NCBI GenBank assembly: GCA_951406725.2
Contig: OX597828.1
Coordinates: forward strand, 35,526,001 to 35,590,000
DNA: 64,000 nucleotides
DNA from: Octopus vulgaris
Lineage: Eukaryota
Direction: 5' to 3'
Shown here: piece after piece, positions 28,107 through 44,145 of the stretch
How the letters are laid out: the number at the start of each line of letters is the position of its first letter
Numbering within the stretch: position 1 is the stretch's first letter
The notes under the pieces: generated by a model
Databases searched by the model: none
The model's input: the letters and a program-made list of their open reading frames with translations, nothing else
Told to the model about the DNA's origin: nothing
Position numbers and translations under genes: made by a program

Positions 28107-28323
28107 TCTATCTATTTATTTATCTTTATCTGTCTGTCTATCTATCTATCTATCTGTCTCTCTACCAATCTATCTACCTATCTATCTATCTATCTGTCTG
28201 TCTGTCTGTCTATTTATCTATCTATCATTCTATCTATCTACCATCTCTCTATCTGTCTGTCTATCTATGTATCTAACTATCTAACTATCTATCTATCTAT
28301 CTGTCTGTCTGTCTGTCTAGCTA

Positions 28324-28410
<87 letters not shown>

Positions 28411-28430
28411 GTCTGTCTATCTATCTACAC
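28030..28430. repeat. (TCTA)n/(TCTG)n GATA-type tetranucleotide satellite; second field at ~31625-32185
   Basis: Directly visible. Confidence 0.95.
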
Positions 28431-28564
28431 ATTATCCAAAGTGTACAGTATTATATATCCAGTTTAGCTAATCTTCCCATTCTGTTTTGTGCTAAGGATT
28501 CAACAGAGTCCTCACCTATGGACCCGTAGAAGACGTACACACACGCATATGCATATGTACATAA

Positions 28565-28975
28565 TAACAATGCAACATGGTAGTGAGATGTGGGTCTTGA
28601 ATGTAGAGGATATGCAAATGTTAGAAAGGAATGAGGCTAGTATGCTCTGCAGGATGTGTAATCTAATGTTAAACAGAGTGCTTGTGTTAGCTATAAAAGG
28701 AATTATTTGCTGTGTGCAAGAGAGAAGACTGCACTGGTTTGGTCATGTGATGTGGATGGATGCTGACAGCTCTGTAAAGAGGTGCTGACGTCTCAAAGTA
28801 GATGGAACACATGGAAATGAAAGACCCAGGAAGACATGGGATGAAAGACTGAAGAATGGCTGCAGGATGCTTAACCTTTCAGATGAGATGACAAAGGACC
28901 GAAATGCACGGCACCTTACTGTACTCAAGAAGATCTGTACTCCACAGCAGACAAAGGGACACACATGCCCCCACA
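28565..28975 (+). mobile_element. Degenerate RTE RT C-terminus (relative of the 35042-35895 ORF)
   Basis: MQHGSEMW...LERNEASMLCRMCN...RRLHWFGHV...RPRKTW, with stops. Confidence 0.85.
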
Positions 28976-29009
28976 CTCACACATACACATGCATACGCAC
29001 TATCTATCT

Positions 29010-29712
29010 ATCTGCTCAGTCAAAGTCGACTCTCGGTCACTTGTTCGATCAGTGACCTCCAGTCAGTTCATGCTTGGGCCACTTCTTTCAGATTGGCTAT
29101 GTCCATTCTGGTATCCCTCTTGATGGTGTCAAGCCAGCGGGTTCTTGGTCGGCCTCTTCCTCTCTTACCACTGACCATTCCGAGCATGATGTCCTTCTCC
29201 AGGGATTTTCTCTGCATAATATGACCAAAATATGCCAATCTATGCTTGGTGATCTTAGCTTCTAGCGACATTTTCAGCCTGATCTGCTTAAGAACTTCTC
29301 CATTGGTGAGCCTCGCTGTCCATGGAATTCGTAAAAGTCTTCTCCAACACCAAAGCTCGAATGCATTAATTCTCTTCTGGTCAGCTTTCTTTAGTGTCCA
29401 GGTCTCGCATCCATATGTTGCTATTGGGAAGACAATTGCATTCCATGGAATTCGTAAAAGTCTTCTCCAACACCAAAGCTCGAATGCATTAATTCTCTTC
29501 TGGTCAGCTTTCTTTAGTGTCCAGGTCTCGCATCCATATGTTGCTATTGGGAAGACAATTGCATTCACCAATCTGCATTTGGTAGCGAGTCTGATGTCTC
29601 TACTTTTCCAGACCCTGCTCATGCTGATCATTGCCTTTCTGCCTAGTACTATCCGCCGTCTTATTTCTGGAGTGCAGTCACCATCTCGATTTATTTTGGA
29701 GCCATGGAAGAC
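29010..29712 (-). mobile_element. RTE/BovB-like LINE RT C-terminus with an internal 123-bp tandem duplication
   Basis: ORF 29068-29631: TKCRLVNAIVFPIATYGCETWTLKKADQKRINAFELWCWRRLLRIPW (block repeated)...YFGHIMQRKSLEKDIMLG...GRPRTRWLD. Confidence 0.92.
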
Positions 29713-29982
29713 GACTCACACACACACATACACTCACATGTGATGGTTTTCTCTCAGTTGCTGTTCACCAAATTCACTCACCAGGTTTTGGTCAGCTACC
29801 ATGGTCTTTAGCAGAAGACAGAAGGGGCTATGACCATGCAATGTCACTCAACTTAAAACCATGTACTTGGAAAGCAAATTTCTCAATGCACAGCTATTCT
29901 TGTATGTATGTATGTATGTATGTATGTATGTATGTATGTATGTATGTATGTACGTATGTATGTATGAATAGACAAATATGTA

Positions 29983-30025
<43 letters not shown>

Positions 30026-30061
30026 TGTAAATATAATATGTGACAATTATTCAGTAGCCAT

Positions 30062-30122
30062 GATAAAACTCCAAGTTTCGGATGTCAGGGCAGAAACCCA
30101 TGCCAGCATCTCTTCAGTTATC
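30062..30122 (-). ncRNA. Type I hammerhead ribozyme-like motif
   Basis: Minus strand GATAA-CTGAAGA-GATG...CATC-C-GAAACT-TGG-AGTT-TTATC: stems I, II and III plus core CUGAAGA/GAAA and a GUU cleavage triplet, with one unpaired C before GAAA. Confidence 0.6.
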
Positions 30123-30439
30123 GGGCCATCGAAAAACATGCTATGAAAATGACCATTAAACAAAGGGAAATTACTGTGATTGACCGTTATTAAGACAAAA
30201 GAGCTATTAGAATGACCACTAAGTGAGGGGGAGGGAGTAAAGGTAAGGGAGTAAAAACGTTCATATATATATATAAGGGGTTTTTTTTTTTACAAAATAT
30301 ACACCAAATTGTACATAGCGGTGCATGGATAAAAAACACAACAAACGGAAATTGTCAAAACATAACAAACAAGAAAAGTACGATAGCACAACAATGCCAA
30401 ACAGGACAAAACAAGATACACGGATCATTCACAGCCAAT

Positions 30440-30783
30440 TGCTTCTTCAGTCGGAGTCTCGAATGTCCATTGTCGGTGGCATGTAAAAAGCACCATCCGA
30501 ATCATGGCCAAAGCCAGTGCCGCCTCGACTGGCTTCCGTGCAGGTGGCACGTAAAATGCACCAATCCGACCATGGCCGATGCCAGCCTCGCCTGGCACCA
30601 GTGCAGGTGGCACGTAAAAAGCGCCCACTACACTCACGGAGTGGTTGGCGTTAGGAAGGGCATCCAGCTGTAGAAACATTGCCAGATAAGACCGGAGCCT
30701 GGTGCAGCCTTCTGGCTTCCCAGAACCCCGGTCGAACCGTCCAACCCATGCTAGCATGGAGAACGGACGTTGATGATGATGAT
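30440..30783 (+). mobile_element. RTE-LINE 3' tail fragment
   Basis: Near-identical to the reverse complement of 21650-21900. Confidence 0.85.
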
Positions 30784-31887
30784 ATATATATATATATATA
30801 TATAAAGGAAAAAATGGGATTAAAAGTTCCTAGCAGATATCTATAAAGCACTCAGTATTAAAAGAATTTGGTTATGAATGTTCAACAATTAAACACCGGT
30901 AAATGTAAGTAGAATACAGATCCCAGGTAAATCTTCATTCATGCCAGGTAATCCAAATATCTTGTGGCAGAATTTCTAGAAATATATAAATATATATTAT
31001 ACTGTATATATATATATATATATATATAGAAAGAGAAAAAAAAAAATATATATATATATAAATATATATTACATACATGCAATATATCTATGTGTGTGTG
31101 TGTGAGTGTGTTCATGTAATCATGCACACACATATGCATACTTGCAGTTGTTTATTCAAAAATCTTCGCTTGTGTCTCTATTCCATAACAAAAAAATTCC
31201 TAATCGTATTTTCACCAAACCTTGTCACATTTTCACTATCCAATATAAACAAAATAATCTTTGCTGATTAGACCAGCTGTCCATAGACTGACACAGTTCA
31301 ATAAAATCAATAACTGCAATAAACCTTTTCGAGATTATAGATTAAAGACCCAATGGCATGCTTGACATAAGACAGAAGTAAACTGTCAGTTATCTGATCT
31401 TAATCCATATAACTCGATTTAATTTCCTGCTTATAACCATTTCCGATTTAGTTCGATATTGCCTTTGAGGGAGACAGACAAACAGACGGACAGGTAGAGG
31501 GACAGAGAGATAATGATAGTGAGAGAAAGAGGGAAAGAGAGAAAGATAGAGAGAGAGAGCGGGAGCAGGAGCATGAACATCACGCAAACTTGTAACAACT
31601 TTCTTCATCAACAATTCCTACAGATATCTCTCTGTGTATCTGCCTATCTCCCTCTCTTTCTCTCTCTCTCTCTCTATCTATCTGTCTGTCTCTCTATCTA
31701 TCTATTTTTCTCTCTGTCTGTCTCTCTCTCTAACTTTCTATCCTTCTCTATCTATTTATCTATCTATCTTTCTCTTTGTTTCTCTCTCTCTTTCTATCTA
31801 TCTTTCTCTGTCTCTGTCTGTCTGTCTGTCTCTCTCTCTCTTTCTATATATATCTACCTATCTATCAGTCTTTCCATCTATCTATCC

Positions 31888-31919
<32 letters not shown>

Positions 31920-32050
31920 CTCTATATATCAATCTATTTATTTATCTATGTATCTATCTATCTAACTATCTATCTATCTGTCTATCTATTTCTGTCTAGA
32001 ATGGCCAAGTGGTCTAAGGCACCAGGTTCCTTAACCTGAACATATTTCTG

Positions 32051-32111
<61 letters not shown>

Positions 32112-32802
32112 GTCTGTGTATCTATCTATCTATCCATCTATCCATCTATCCATCTATCTATCTATCTACCTATCTATGTCTGTCTAACATTTCCTCTCTC
32201 CCTCGCACTCTCTCACTTTTTCTACATATATCTGTGTGTGTTCATGTATATATATGAGTATGTGTGTGCATATATATAAAAACATGTACGTATATGTGTC
32301 TATGTGAGTGTGTATAAATGCGTACACATGCACACATACACACACACACACTCACACATATGTATGCACAGAGAAAGGCATGAATATCGTGAAAGCTTGT
32401 ATCAACTTTCTTCCTCCAGATTTGCTACTGCTACATGTCTATCTATAACCTACATGTGCATGTGTGCACATGTGTGTGTGTGAGAGAGAGAGAGAGAGAG
32501 GGGTGGGAGTAATGGGGAAGAGGAGGGAGGAGGAAACATTCGTTGTTGAGTAAATATTGTATGAGACAATGTGCTGTGAGGTTGGCAGTTCATAAACCTG
32601 TCACTTGCAGGGTACTGTTGGCTGTGCTCCAATCATTTATGGTGCTCACACATTGCACACAGACAAGCCAATCAAAAATCTTCTAAGTGGTAGATTGACC
32701 TGCAAATAAAGGGGCCAAATTTGTCCTCCTTCAAATCCCACTCGATTATTATTACCAAAATAGAAAATAAAAATGAACACATTAAGTGTATATGTATATA
32801 TA

Positions 32803-33190
32803 GACGCAGGAGTGGCTGTGTGGTTAGTAGCTTGCTTACCAACCACATGGTTCCGGGTTCAGTCCCACTGCATGGCACCTTGGGCAAGTGTCTTCTACTA
32901 TAGCCTCGGGCTGACCAAAGCCTTGTGAGTGGATTTGGTAGAGGGAAACTGAAAGAAGCCTGTTGTATGTGTGTGTGTATGTGTGCGTGCGTTTTTGTAT
33001 GTTTGTCTCCCCAACATCGCTTGACAACCAATGCTGGTGTGTTTACATCCCCGTAACTTAGCGGTTCGGAAAAAGTGTCAAATAGTATAAGTACTAGGCT
33101 TACAAAGAATAAGTCCTGGGGTCAATTTACTCGACCAAAGGCAGTGCTTCAGCATGGCCACAGACAAATGACTGAAACAAGTAAAAGAGT
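32803..33190 (+). mobile_element. CORE-like tRNA SINE, full length
   Basis: Same family head, core and tail. Confidence 0.88.
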
Positions 33191-33247
33191 ATATATAAAT
33201 TCATAAATTTATATATATAATTTCAGCTATATATATATGTGTATGTA

Positions 33248-33305
<58 letters not shown>

Positions 33306-33319
33306 TACATACACATATA

Positions 33320-33505
33320 TATAGCTGAAATTTATAGAAAAACAAAAGACAAAGACAGGTGTATGAACAACAAGCTGGTGTATTAGTTTGATGCTCGGGA
33401 AAATGAAAAAGTCTTTTATGTTTTGAGCTTACGCTCTTCAACAGAAAAGAATAAGAGAAAATAAATAGAGAGAGAATGAAAAAAGCCTGTAGATTTAGCA
33501 GTCAT
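33320..33505 (-). mobile_element. Short repeat with a decayed minimal hammerhead (probable PLE terminal repeat)
   Basis: Minus strand TCTTTT-CTGTTGA-AGAGC-GTAA-GCTC-AAAACATA-AAAGA at 33412-33450. Confidence 0.55.
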
Positions 33506-33804
33506 ATGTATATATGTGTATATAATTTTGCAAGATTCCTGATGTGAAATCATGTGTTGAACCAAATATTGTTATATTTCAAGAATGGACTAACCAGAAC
33601 AGGAAGAGTCATGGGCGATGGAGGGTTTACTGAAAAGTTACAGGTGTATCATGAAATATTTCCAGACAATGGACATAAAATGAAAACAATAGTAAACAAG
33701 CGAAAAACAAATATATAGTGCAGTCCTGTATTTAAGAGATTAGGAATTATTTACATTATTTACATTTGACTGATATTTGTCATCATCTTACGTTTCGGTG
33801 ACAT

Positions 33805-34335
33805 GACAAAAAGTACCCAGTACACTCTCTGAAGTGGTTGGTGTTATGGAAGGCTGTAGAAACTGTGACAAATATGATATTGGAGCTTGATGTGGCCCTG
33901 CAGCGTGTCAGTTTTCTGTCACACTGTCCAACCCATGCTAGCATTGTGCATGGAAAAGCAGACCACTAAATGTTGACCATGATCATGATGAGACATATAT
34001 ATATATTCGCCAGCCTCGTCTGGCACCTGTGTCAGTGGCACATAAAAACACCATCCGAGCGTGGCCGTTCGGCAGCCTCGTCTGGCACCTGTGTCGGTGG
34101 CACATAAAAACACCATCCGAGCGTGGCTGTTCGCCAGCCTCGTCTGGCACCTGTGTCGGTGGCACATAAAATCACCCACTACACTCTCGGAGTGGTTGGC
34201 ATTAGGAAGGGCATCCAGCTGTAGAAACACTGCCAGATCTGACTGGCCTGGTGCAGCCTTCGGGCTCCCCAGACCCCAGTTGAACCGTCCAACCCATGCT
34301 AGCATGGAAAATGGACGTTAAATGATGATGATGAT
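33805..34335 (+). mobile_element. Two successive RTE 3' tails
   Basis: A decayed tail at 33805-33990, then a young copy at ~34006-34335 nearly identical to 37560-37890. Confidence 0.85.
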
Positions 34336-34506
34336 ATATATATATAAAAAAAACTTTTCTTTTAATTTTTCTAAATTCAATTGTTTTCCATACTTACAGT
34401 TGAAAAAGTTTCAATGACTGAAACCGGTACTGAAATGTTTTTTATAAAATTATTTTAGCATTTGCTATCTTGACTTTTTTTCCATATATATATAAATATA
34501 TATATA

Positions 34507-34814
34507 TCACTGTCATCGTGACTGACCAGGCTATCAGATGTTGCTACACCTCGCTGGTCACAATGCGCTTTGCATTGTTTTAGCCTTCAATGACGCCATC
34601 CCACTGGCTAAGCCAGCTGGCCAACAGAAGAAAGGGTGAGAGAAAGTTGTGGCGAAAGAGTACAGCAGGGATCACCACCACCCCCTGCCAGAGCCTTGTG
34701 GAGCTTCAGGTATTTGCTCTCAATAAACACTCACAATGCCCCATCAGGGGAATCGAAACTACGATCCTACAACCACGAGTCCCCTGCCCTAACCACTGGG
34801 CCATTGCGCCTCCA
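34507..34814 (-). mobile_element. Fourth tRNA-derived SINE family (head fragment also at ~7030-7090)
   Basis: The reverse complement starts GGAGGCGCAATGGCCCAGTGGTTAGGG...GTAGTTTCGATTCC (A and B boxes). Confidence 0.75.
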
Positions 34815-34815
34815 T

Positions 34816-34876
<61 letters not shown>

Positions 34877-34921
34877 AACATTATCATCATCATTATCACC
34901 ATTTAACGTCTATTTTTATAC

Positions 34922-37890
<2,969 letters not shown>

Positions 37891-37897
37891 ATATATC

Positions 37898-37940
<43 letters not shown>

Positions 37941-38199
37941 ATTATACTGTATTCTAGAATCAAATGAAACCTACATCTTTGGAACATACTAAAACTATTA
38001 AATATAACTTCAAAATGGAAATGAAGATGTTTGTTTCTATAGTTACAGCAAAACAAAAGCAAAGACAAAAAAAAAACAAGAAAACTAACAAATAAACAAA
38101 CAAACAAACGATAAGAATATATATATAAAAGAAAGACAAAAAACAATAAATTTCAATCTATTTATTCATTTTCTTCTTCTGATCTAAACCCATAGCACA

Positions 38200-39061
38200 C
38201 ACTTATCGTTTTTGTTATTGTTGCTGTTGTCTTAGCAACTGTTTTTCCTTGTTGATATTTTAATTGTCGTTGTTTTTGCTATTGTTTATCTTGTTGTTGT
38301 TCCTGTTTTTTCCTGGTGTTTGTTGTTGTTCTTCTTCTTATTATTATTATTGTTAAATCTTATTTTAAATGATATCATTTTATATTATTCTTCATTCGTT
38401 ATTCTTTTTATTTACTTTTTTTGCTGTAAATATTTTTGTCGATTTTTTTGCTCAAATTTTTATATATTTTTTTTTATTTGTACATATGTTGTTGTTGTTG
38501 TTCCACTGGTTTCTTTTCTTTGTTGTTATTGTTATTGCTTCTGTCATCATTGTTGCTATAGTTGTTGTTATTGCTATCATTTGACTTGTTGTTGTTGTTT
38601 TGCCTTTAGTTACTCTTGTTCATATTGTCCTTCTTGTTGTTATTATCATTTTTATAATTGTTGCTATTGTTTGTGTAGTTGTTGTTGTTGTTGATGTAAT
38701 AGTTGTTGTTGTTTTTGTTGTTATTCTTGTTATTTTTGTTGTTATTCTTGTTCATGTTACTTTCATTATTGTTGTTGTTATGCTTGTTTATTTTTAACAT
38801 TATTATTGTTTCTCCCATTTCCTTTTTTCTTTTGTCAATCTTCTTTTTTATTCTTGCATTTGTTGTTGTTTCTGCAGCAGCAGTGGCAGCAGCAGCAGTA
38901 GTTGTTGTTATCAGCATTGATGATGTTGTTATTGCTTGTTGTTGTTGTCATCTTATTTCTTGTTGTTGTTGCAACTGTTGTTCTTTTTTGTCTTGTTGCT
39001 GTTGTTTTTTGCTGCCAATCTTGTTTTCTTTGTTGTTGTTGTTCTTGTTGTTCTTGTTGCA

Positions 39062-39095
<34 letters not shown>

Positions 39096-39761
39096 CATTG
39101 TTTTGTTGTTGTTGTTGTCATCGTCGTTGTTGTTATTGTTGTCATTGCTATTGTTATAGTTGTTGTTGTCGTCGTTTTTGTTGTTGTTGTTGTCATCATT
39201 GTTGTCATTGTTGTTGTTGTTGTTGTTGTAATTGTCATTGTTGACGTTGTTGTTGTTGTCATTTTTGTTGTTGTTGTTGTCATTTTTGTTGTTGTTGTCA
39301 TCATTGTTTTTGTTGTTGTTGTTATTATTGTTCTCATTGTTGTTGTTGTTGTTGTTGTCCTTGTTGTTGTTGTCGTTGTAGTTATGGTGAACCTAATATA
39401 ATATGATTGTAAAACATCCTGGCAGAGCATGATTTCATTGTCTTCTTCTTGTCTCAGTGGAAAAATGTGCTTAATGTAAGGAATTGAGTTTAGCCAGCCA
39501 ACTCTGCTGCTGATGCTGATGCTGATGCTGATGCTATCGCTGCAGTTAGACACACAGACATACATATAGATTGGAGACATGTTCTTTTATGGTGATTTTT
39601 TTTTTAAAAAAAAGATTCTTTTTGTTTTTGTGCTTATTTATGCATTTATGGTGAATGTTTTTAGTTCTGTTATACAAGAGCGTATGTTACCCTGTGATGA
39701 CAATGATAAAAGACGATGACAGAGATGATAGTGAAGATGTGGATGGTTGTGATGGAGATGG

Positions 39762-39793
<32 letters not shown>

Positions 39794-39990
39794 GCAGTGG
39801 CGATAAAGGTGCGGATGGAGGAGGAGGAGGAGGACAGCAGCAACAGCTATTACAGAATGACAAGAACATCAGTGGTGATGTTGATGATAATGACAATGAT
39901 AATTACGATGATGACAGTGATGATGATGATGATGATGACGATGATGATGATGATGATGATGATGATGACAGTGATGATGATGATGATGAC

Positions 39991-40035
<45 letters not shown>

Positions 40036-40275
40036 GGTGGTGGTGGTGGTGATGATGATGATGATGGTGATGGTGATGGTGATGATGATGATGGTGATGA
40101 TGGTGATGATGATAATGATGTTAATGATGATGATATTCGTAAAGGTGGTGGGGTGATGATGATGATTGTGATGACAATGTGATGGTCATTATGGCGATGA
40201 TGATGATGCTACCATCAGTGATGGCAGTGATCATAGTGGCATTAAAGACAATGCCAGCATACATGATGATTATGT

Positions 40276-40337
<62 letters not shown>

Positions 40338-40345
40338 CTGATGAT
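38200..40345. repeat. Degenerate trinucleotide field: (TTG)n, then (GAT)n/(GGT)n
   Basis: Directly visible; accounts for the poly-L/V/C/T/D/M ORFs. Confidence 0.95.
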
Positions 40346-40530
40346 ATTATTCTTGATGACGGTGTTGTTTAGCCCCAGGCCAAGACTGATCTAACAGACC
40401 TATGATCAAAAGAATTCATTCTGTGACATCCTTGTCTTTTCAGAGACATTGTCCTGTCTTTGACTGCATTTTTCAATGGGACACTTTCTTTTTTATTCAC
40501 AATAGTAGACATAACTTTGTAAGATATTTA

Positions 40531-40572
<42 letters not shown>

Positions 40573-40575
<3 letters not shown>

Positions 40576-40955
40576 TGCAGGAGTGGCTGTGTGGTAGGTA
40601 GCTAGCTTACCAGCCACATGGTTCTGGGTTCAGTCCCACTACATGACACCTTGGGCGAGTGTCTTCTACAATAGCCTTGGGCCGACCAAAGCCTTGTAAG
40701 GGGATTTGGTAAACCGTCGTATGTATGTATATGTATATATATATATGTGTGTGTTTGTGTATCTGTGTTTGTCCCCCCAACATCGCTTGACAACTGATGC
40801 TGGTGCGTTTACATCCCCGTAACTTAGAGGTTCGGCAAAAGAGACCGATAGAGTAAGTACTAGTCTTACAAAGAATAAGTCATGTGGGCAATTTGCTCGA
40901 CTAAAGGCGGTGCTCCAGCATGGCTGCAGTCAAATGACTGAAACAAGTAAAAGAG
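40573..40955 (+). mobile_element. CORE-like tRNA SINE
   Basis: Same family, with a small internal deletion. Confidence 0.85.
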
Positions 40956-41567
40956 AAAGGGGGGAAAGATGTATAAATATATATGTAAATGGAACAAAAA
41001 TGCAATAGAGTGCATTAAAGCATTCGGACAGAATATGCATTATATATATTACATATTATATGCATTATATATATTACATATATACTATAGACGATACAAA
41101 GGTGAACAAGAGAAACAACAATTAGAAAGACAGGCAAAAAAAAACAGGACATTTGTGGCTTTCTTTCCTCAGTCAAGTTCCAGAAGTCACGACCATTTCG
41201 GGCAGTTACACTTGAGATGGTTCAATCTGGTTGCCTTAAAAAAAGTCTAAGCTAAGAGCATTAGACCCCTTTGTAAGAAAGCTAACAAATGGGTATGGCA
41301 ACAAAGACAAAAAAAACCCCCAAAAAAACAGACCATGGTGCGCAATTACAAATACAAACAACAAGAAATAACAACAGGTGTCTTTTGACTGAGGACAAAT
41401 CAAATTGAGCTGGCGTGTAAAGCTGCAAAATTATCACAGAACTGTTACTCAGTGTTTCACATTCCCATTTTGTGTAACAATTCTGTGATAATCTTGCAAA
41501 TTTAATAAAAACTATATTACTCTACCTTCGGTATTTGAGTACTATTTCCTCCACCTTGTTTTGCACG

Positions 41568-41645
<78 letters not shown>

Positions 41646-42066
41646 ATATGTATATGTATATATATGCATATACATATATATCTATACACAGACATCCATA
41701 ATATATATATATACACATATATATCCAAAGTAATTTAAATATGAGTTACACTGTATATTAAGTTATCTTTACTTTTTGCTGGATGGAGTACTTTTTGGGT
41801 TGATCTTACCAATTATGGAACAATAAACTATAAATGTATAAGTATTTCTGGGTAGATGAATAGATAGATATAGTATTGTATTTATGAGTATATTATACAT
41901 CAAATGAAAGTAGGAAGAAAATAAAAATGTACCATGTCTCAGGCAGAGAATGTATTTATTTTAGTTAGTCACATTCTGCTAGTCAAAAGATTCTAGAAAA
42001 TTGCAACTTTGGACAAATAGAATTAGGCTGACTGCAACTATTCATAAACAGTTGGAGGAATCGCAA

Positions 42067-42286
42067 TAATCTTTTCTTTTAAAGGCACAAGGCCTGAAAT
42101 TTGGTGGGGGGGGGCAGTCGATTACATCAAACCCAGTACGCAACTGATATTTACTTTATCGACCCAAAAAGGATGAAAGGCAAAGTTGACACTGACAGAA
42201 TTTGAATTCAGAACATAAGGACAGATGAAATGCTGCTAAGCATTTCGCCTGGCATGCTAACAATTCTGCCAGCTCGCCGCCTTAAC

Positions 42287-42330
<44 letters not shown>

Positions 42331-42520
42331 TAATAATAATAATAATGATAATAATAATAACAATAATGATAATAATAATAATAAAAATATTAATAATAAT
42401 AATAATAATAATCCTTACTACTAAAGGCACAAGGCCTGAAACTTTGGAAGAGGAAGTTAGTTGATTACATCAACCCCTGTGTTTCACTGGTACTTTATCG
42501 ACCCTGAAAGGATGAAAGGC
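42067..42520 (-). mobile_element. Meta/Sauria-like tRNA SINE plus a truncated second copy across (AAT)n
   Basis: AAGGATGAAAGGC core twice; head CCAGCTCGCCGCC at ~42269-42281. Confidence 0.75.
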
Positions 42521-42897
42521 ATAATACATATATATATATATATATATTTATGTATGTGTATGTATATATACATACATTCATATATATATATATATATATA
42601 TATACATATGTATGTATGTATATATATGCATATGTATATGTATATATATACAAGCCTGGAAACGAACAACCTTGTCTGTATGACAATGATGCCCATTTGA
42701 CAGCCATCATGTGATGTCTTTACGAAGACACATAGGTACACAAAAACGTACATACATAAATACGATGATTTTCTTTTAGTTTCTGTCTACCAAATCCACT
42801 CATAAAACTTTGGTTGGTCTGGGCTAAAGAAGCCACATTGTGGGACTGAACCCAGGACCATGTGGTCAGGATGCAAGCTTCTTAACCACACAACCAA

Positions 42898-43001
<104 letters not shown>

Positions 43002-43138
43002 AGTAGTTGAATGAATTATCTTGTTATGGATAATTCGGTTAACCGATACCTGGGTAGCAAATTCACATCAGAGAAGACACGTTTGAAGTTACGTGCTTTC
43101 GTGTGGAAATTTGTATGTTCTTTTTAAAAATATAAATA

Positions 43139-43174
<36 letters not shown>

Positions 43175-43225
43175 TGTATGTATGTATGTATGTATGTATG
43201 TATGTATGTGTGTGTGTATAAGATG

Positions 43226-43267
<42 letters not shown>

Positions 43268-43382
43268 CAAATATGCACTGGAAAAGAAAAAAGAACATAT
43301 ATGGATATGTTACATATATATAATATGTATTATATATATTACATATATACTATATATGTAGATAGATGTCTGTGTCTGTCTG

Positions 43383-43415
<33 letters not shown>

Positions 43416-43871
43416 CCATCCATCCATCTGTGTATCTATCTATATATGTGTGTGTGTGTATACACACACACACACACTCACTCATACACACATAAATCTT
43501 GACCAACATCACTATTTTGTCCAAGTGGGAAATAAAATAAAAAAATACCTGATTATTTATTCAATCTTTCTTTTCATTTCCTTCTTAATTTCTTTTATGT
43601 TTCTTTCATTCTTTCCTCTCTTTCTTCCCTTTCTTTAATGTTGTTGTTGTAGTTGTTGTTGTTGTTGCAATCAAACAATATTTCTTTTTTATCTAATATC
43701 AATTGTTAGATTCGGAACCATATTTGGTCGTTGTTTCTTTTATTTTTACTTTTATTTTCATTTTTTTTTAAATTTTAATTTTTTGTTCCTAATTATTCAT
43801 TTTTCTCATTTTTTTTCCTTTTCTGGCTGAGAAGTGGGAGGGGGTGTAACAATCCTTCTGCACTTTCTTTA

Positions 43872-43978
<107 letters not shown>

Positions 43979-44074
43979 GCTATTATTACTATTATTATTT
44001 TTTTTTATTTATTATTATTATTATTATTATTACTATTATTATTATTATCATTATTGCTATTATTACTACTATTA

Positions 44075-44145
<71 letters not shown>

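Noticed and set aside
39655-40182. Acidic poly-Asp/Gly ORF (similar one at 59770-60210)
   Set aside because: (GAT)n/(GGT)n repeats are open in several frames, with no splice or domain support.
41160-41420. Two CTGAGGA motifs as hammerhead cores
   Set aside because: No correctly placed stem II followed by GAAA could be built.
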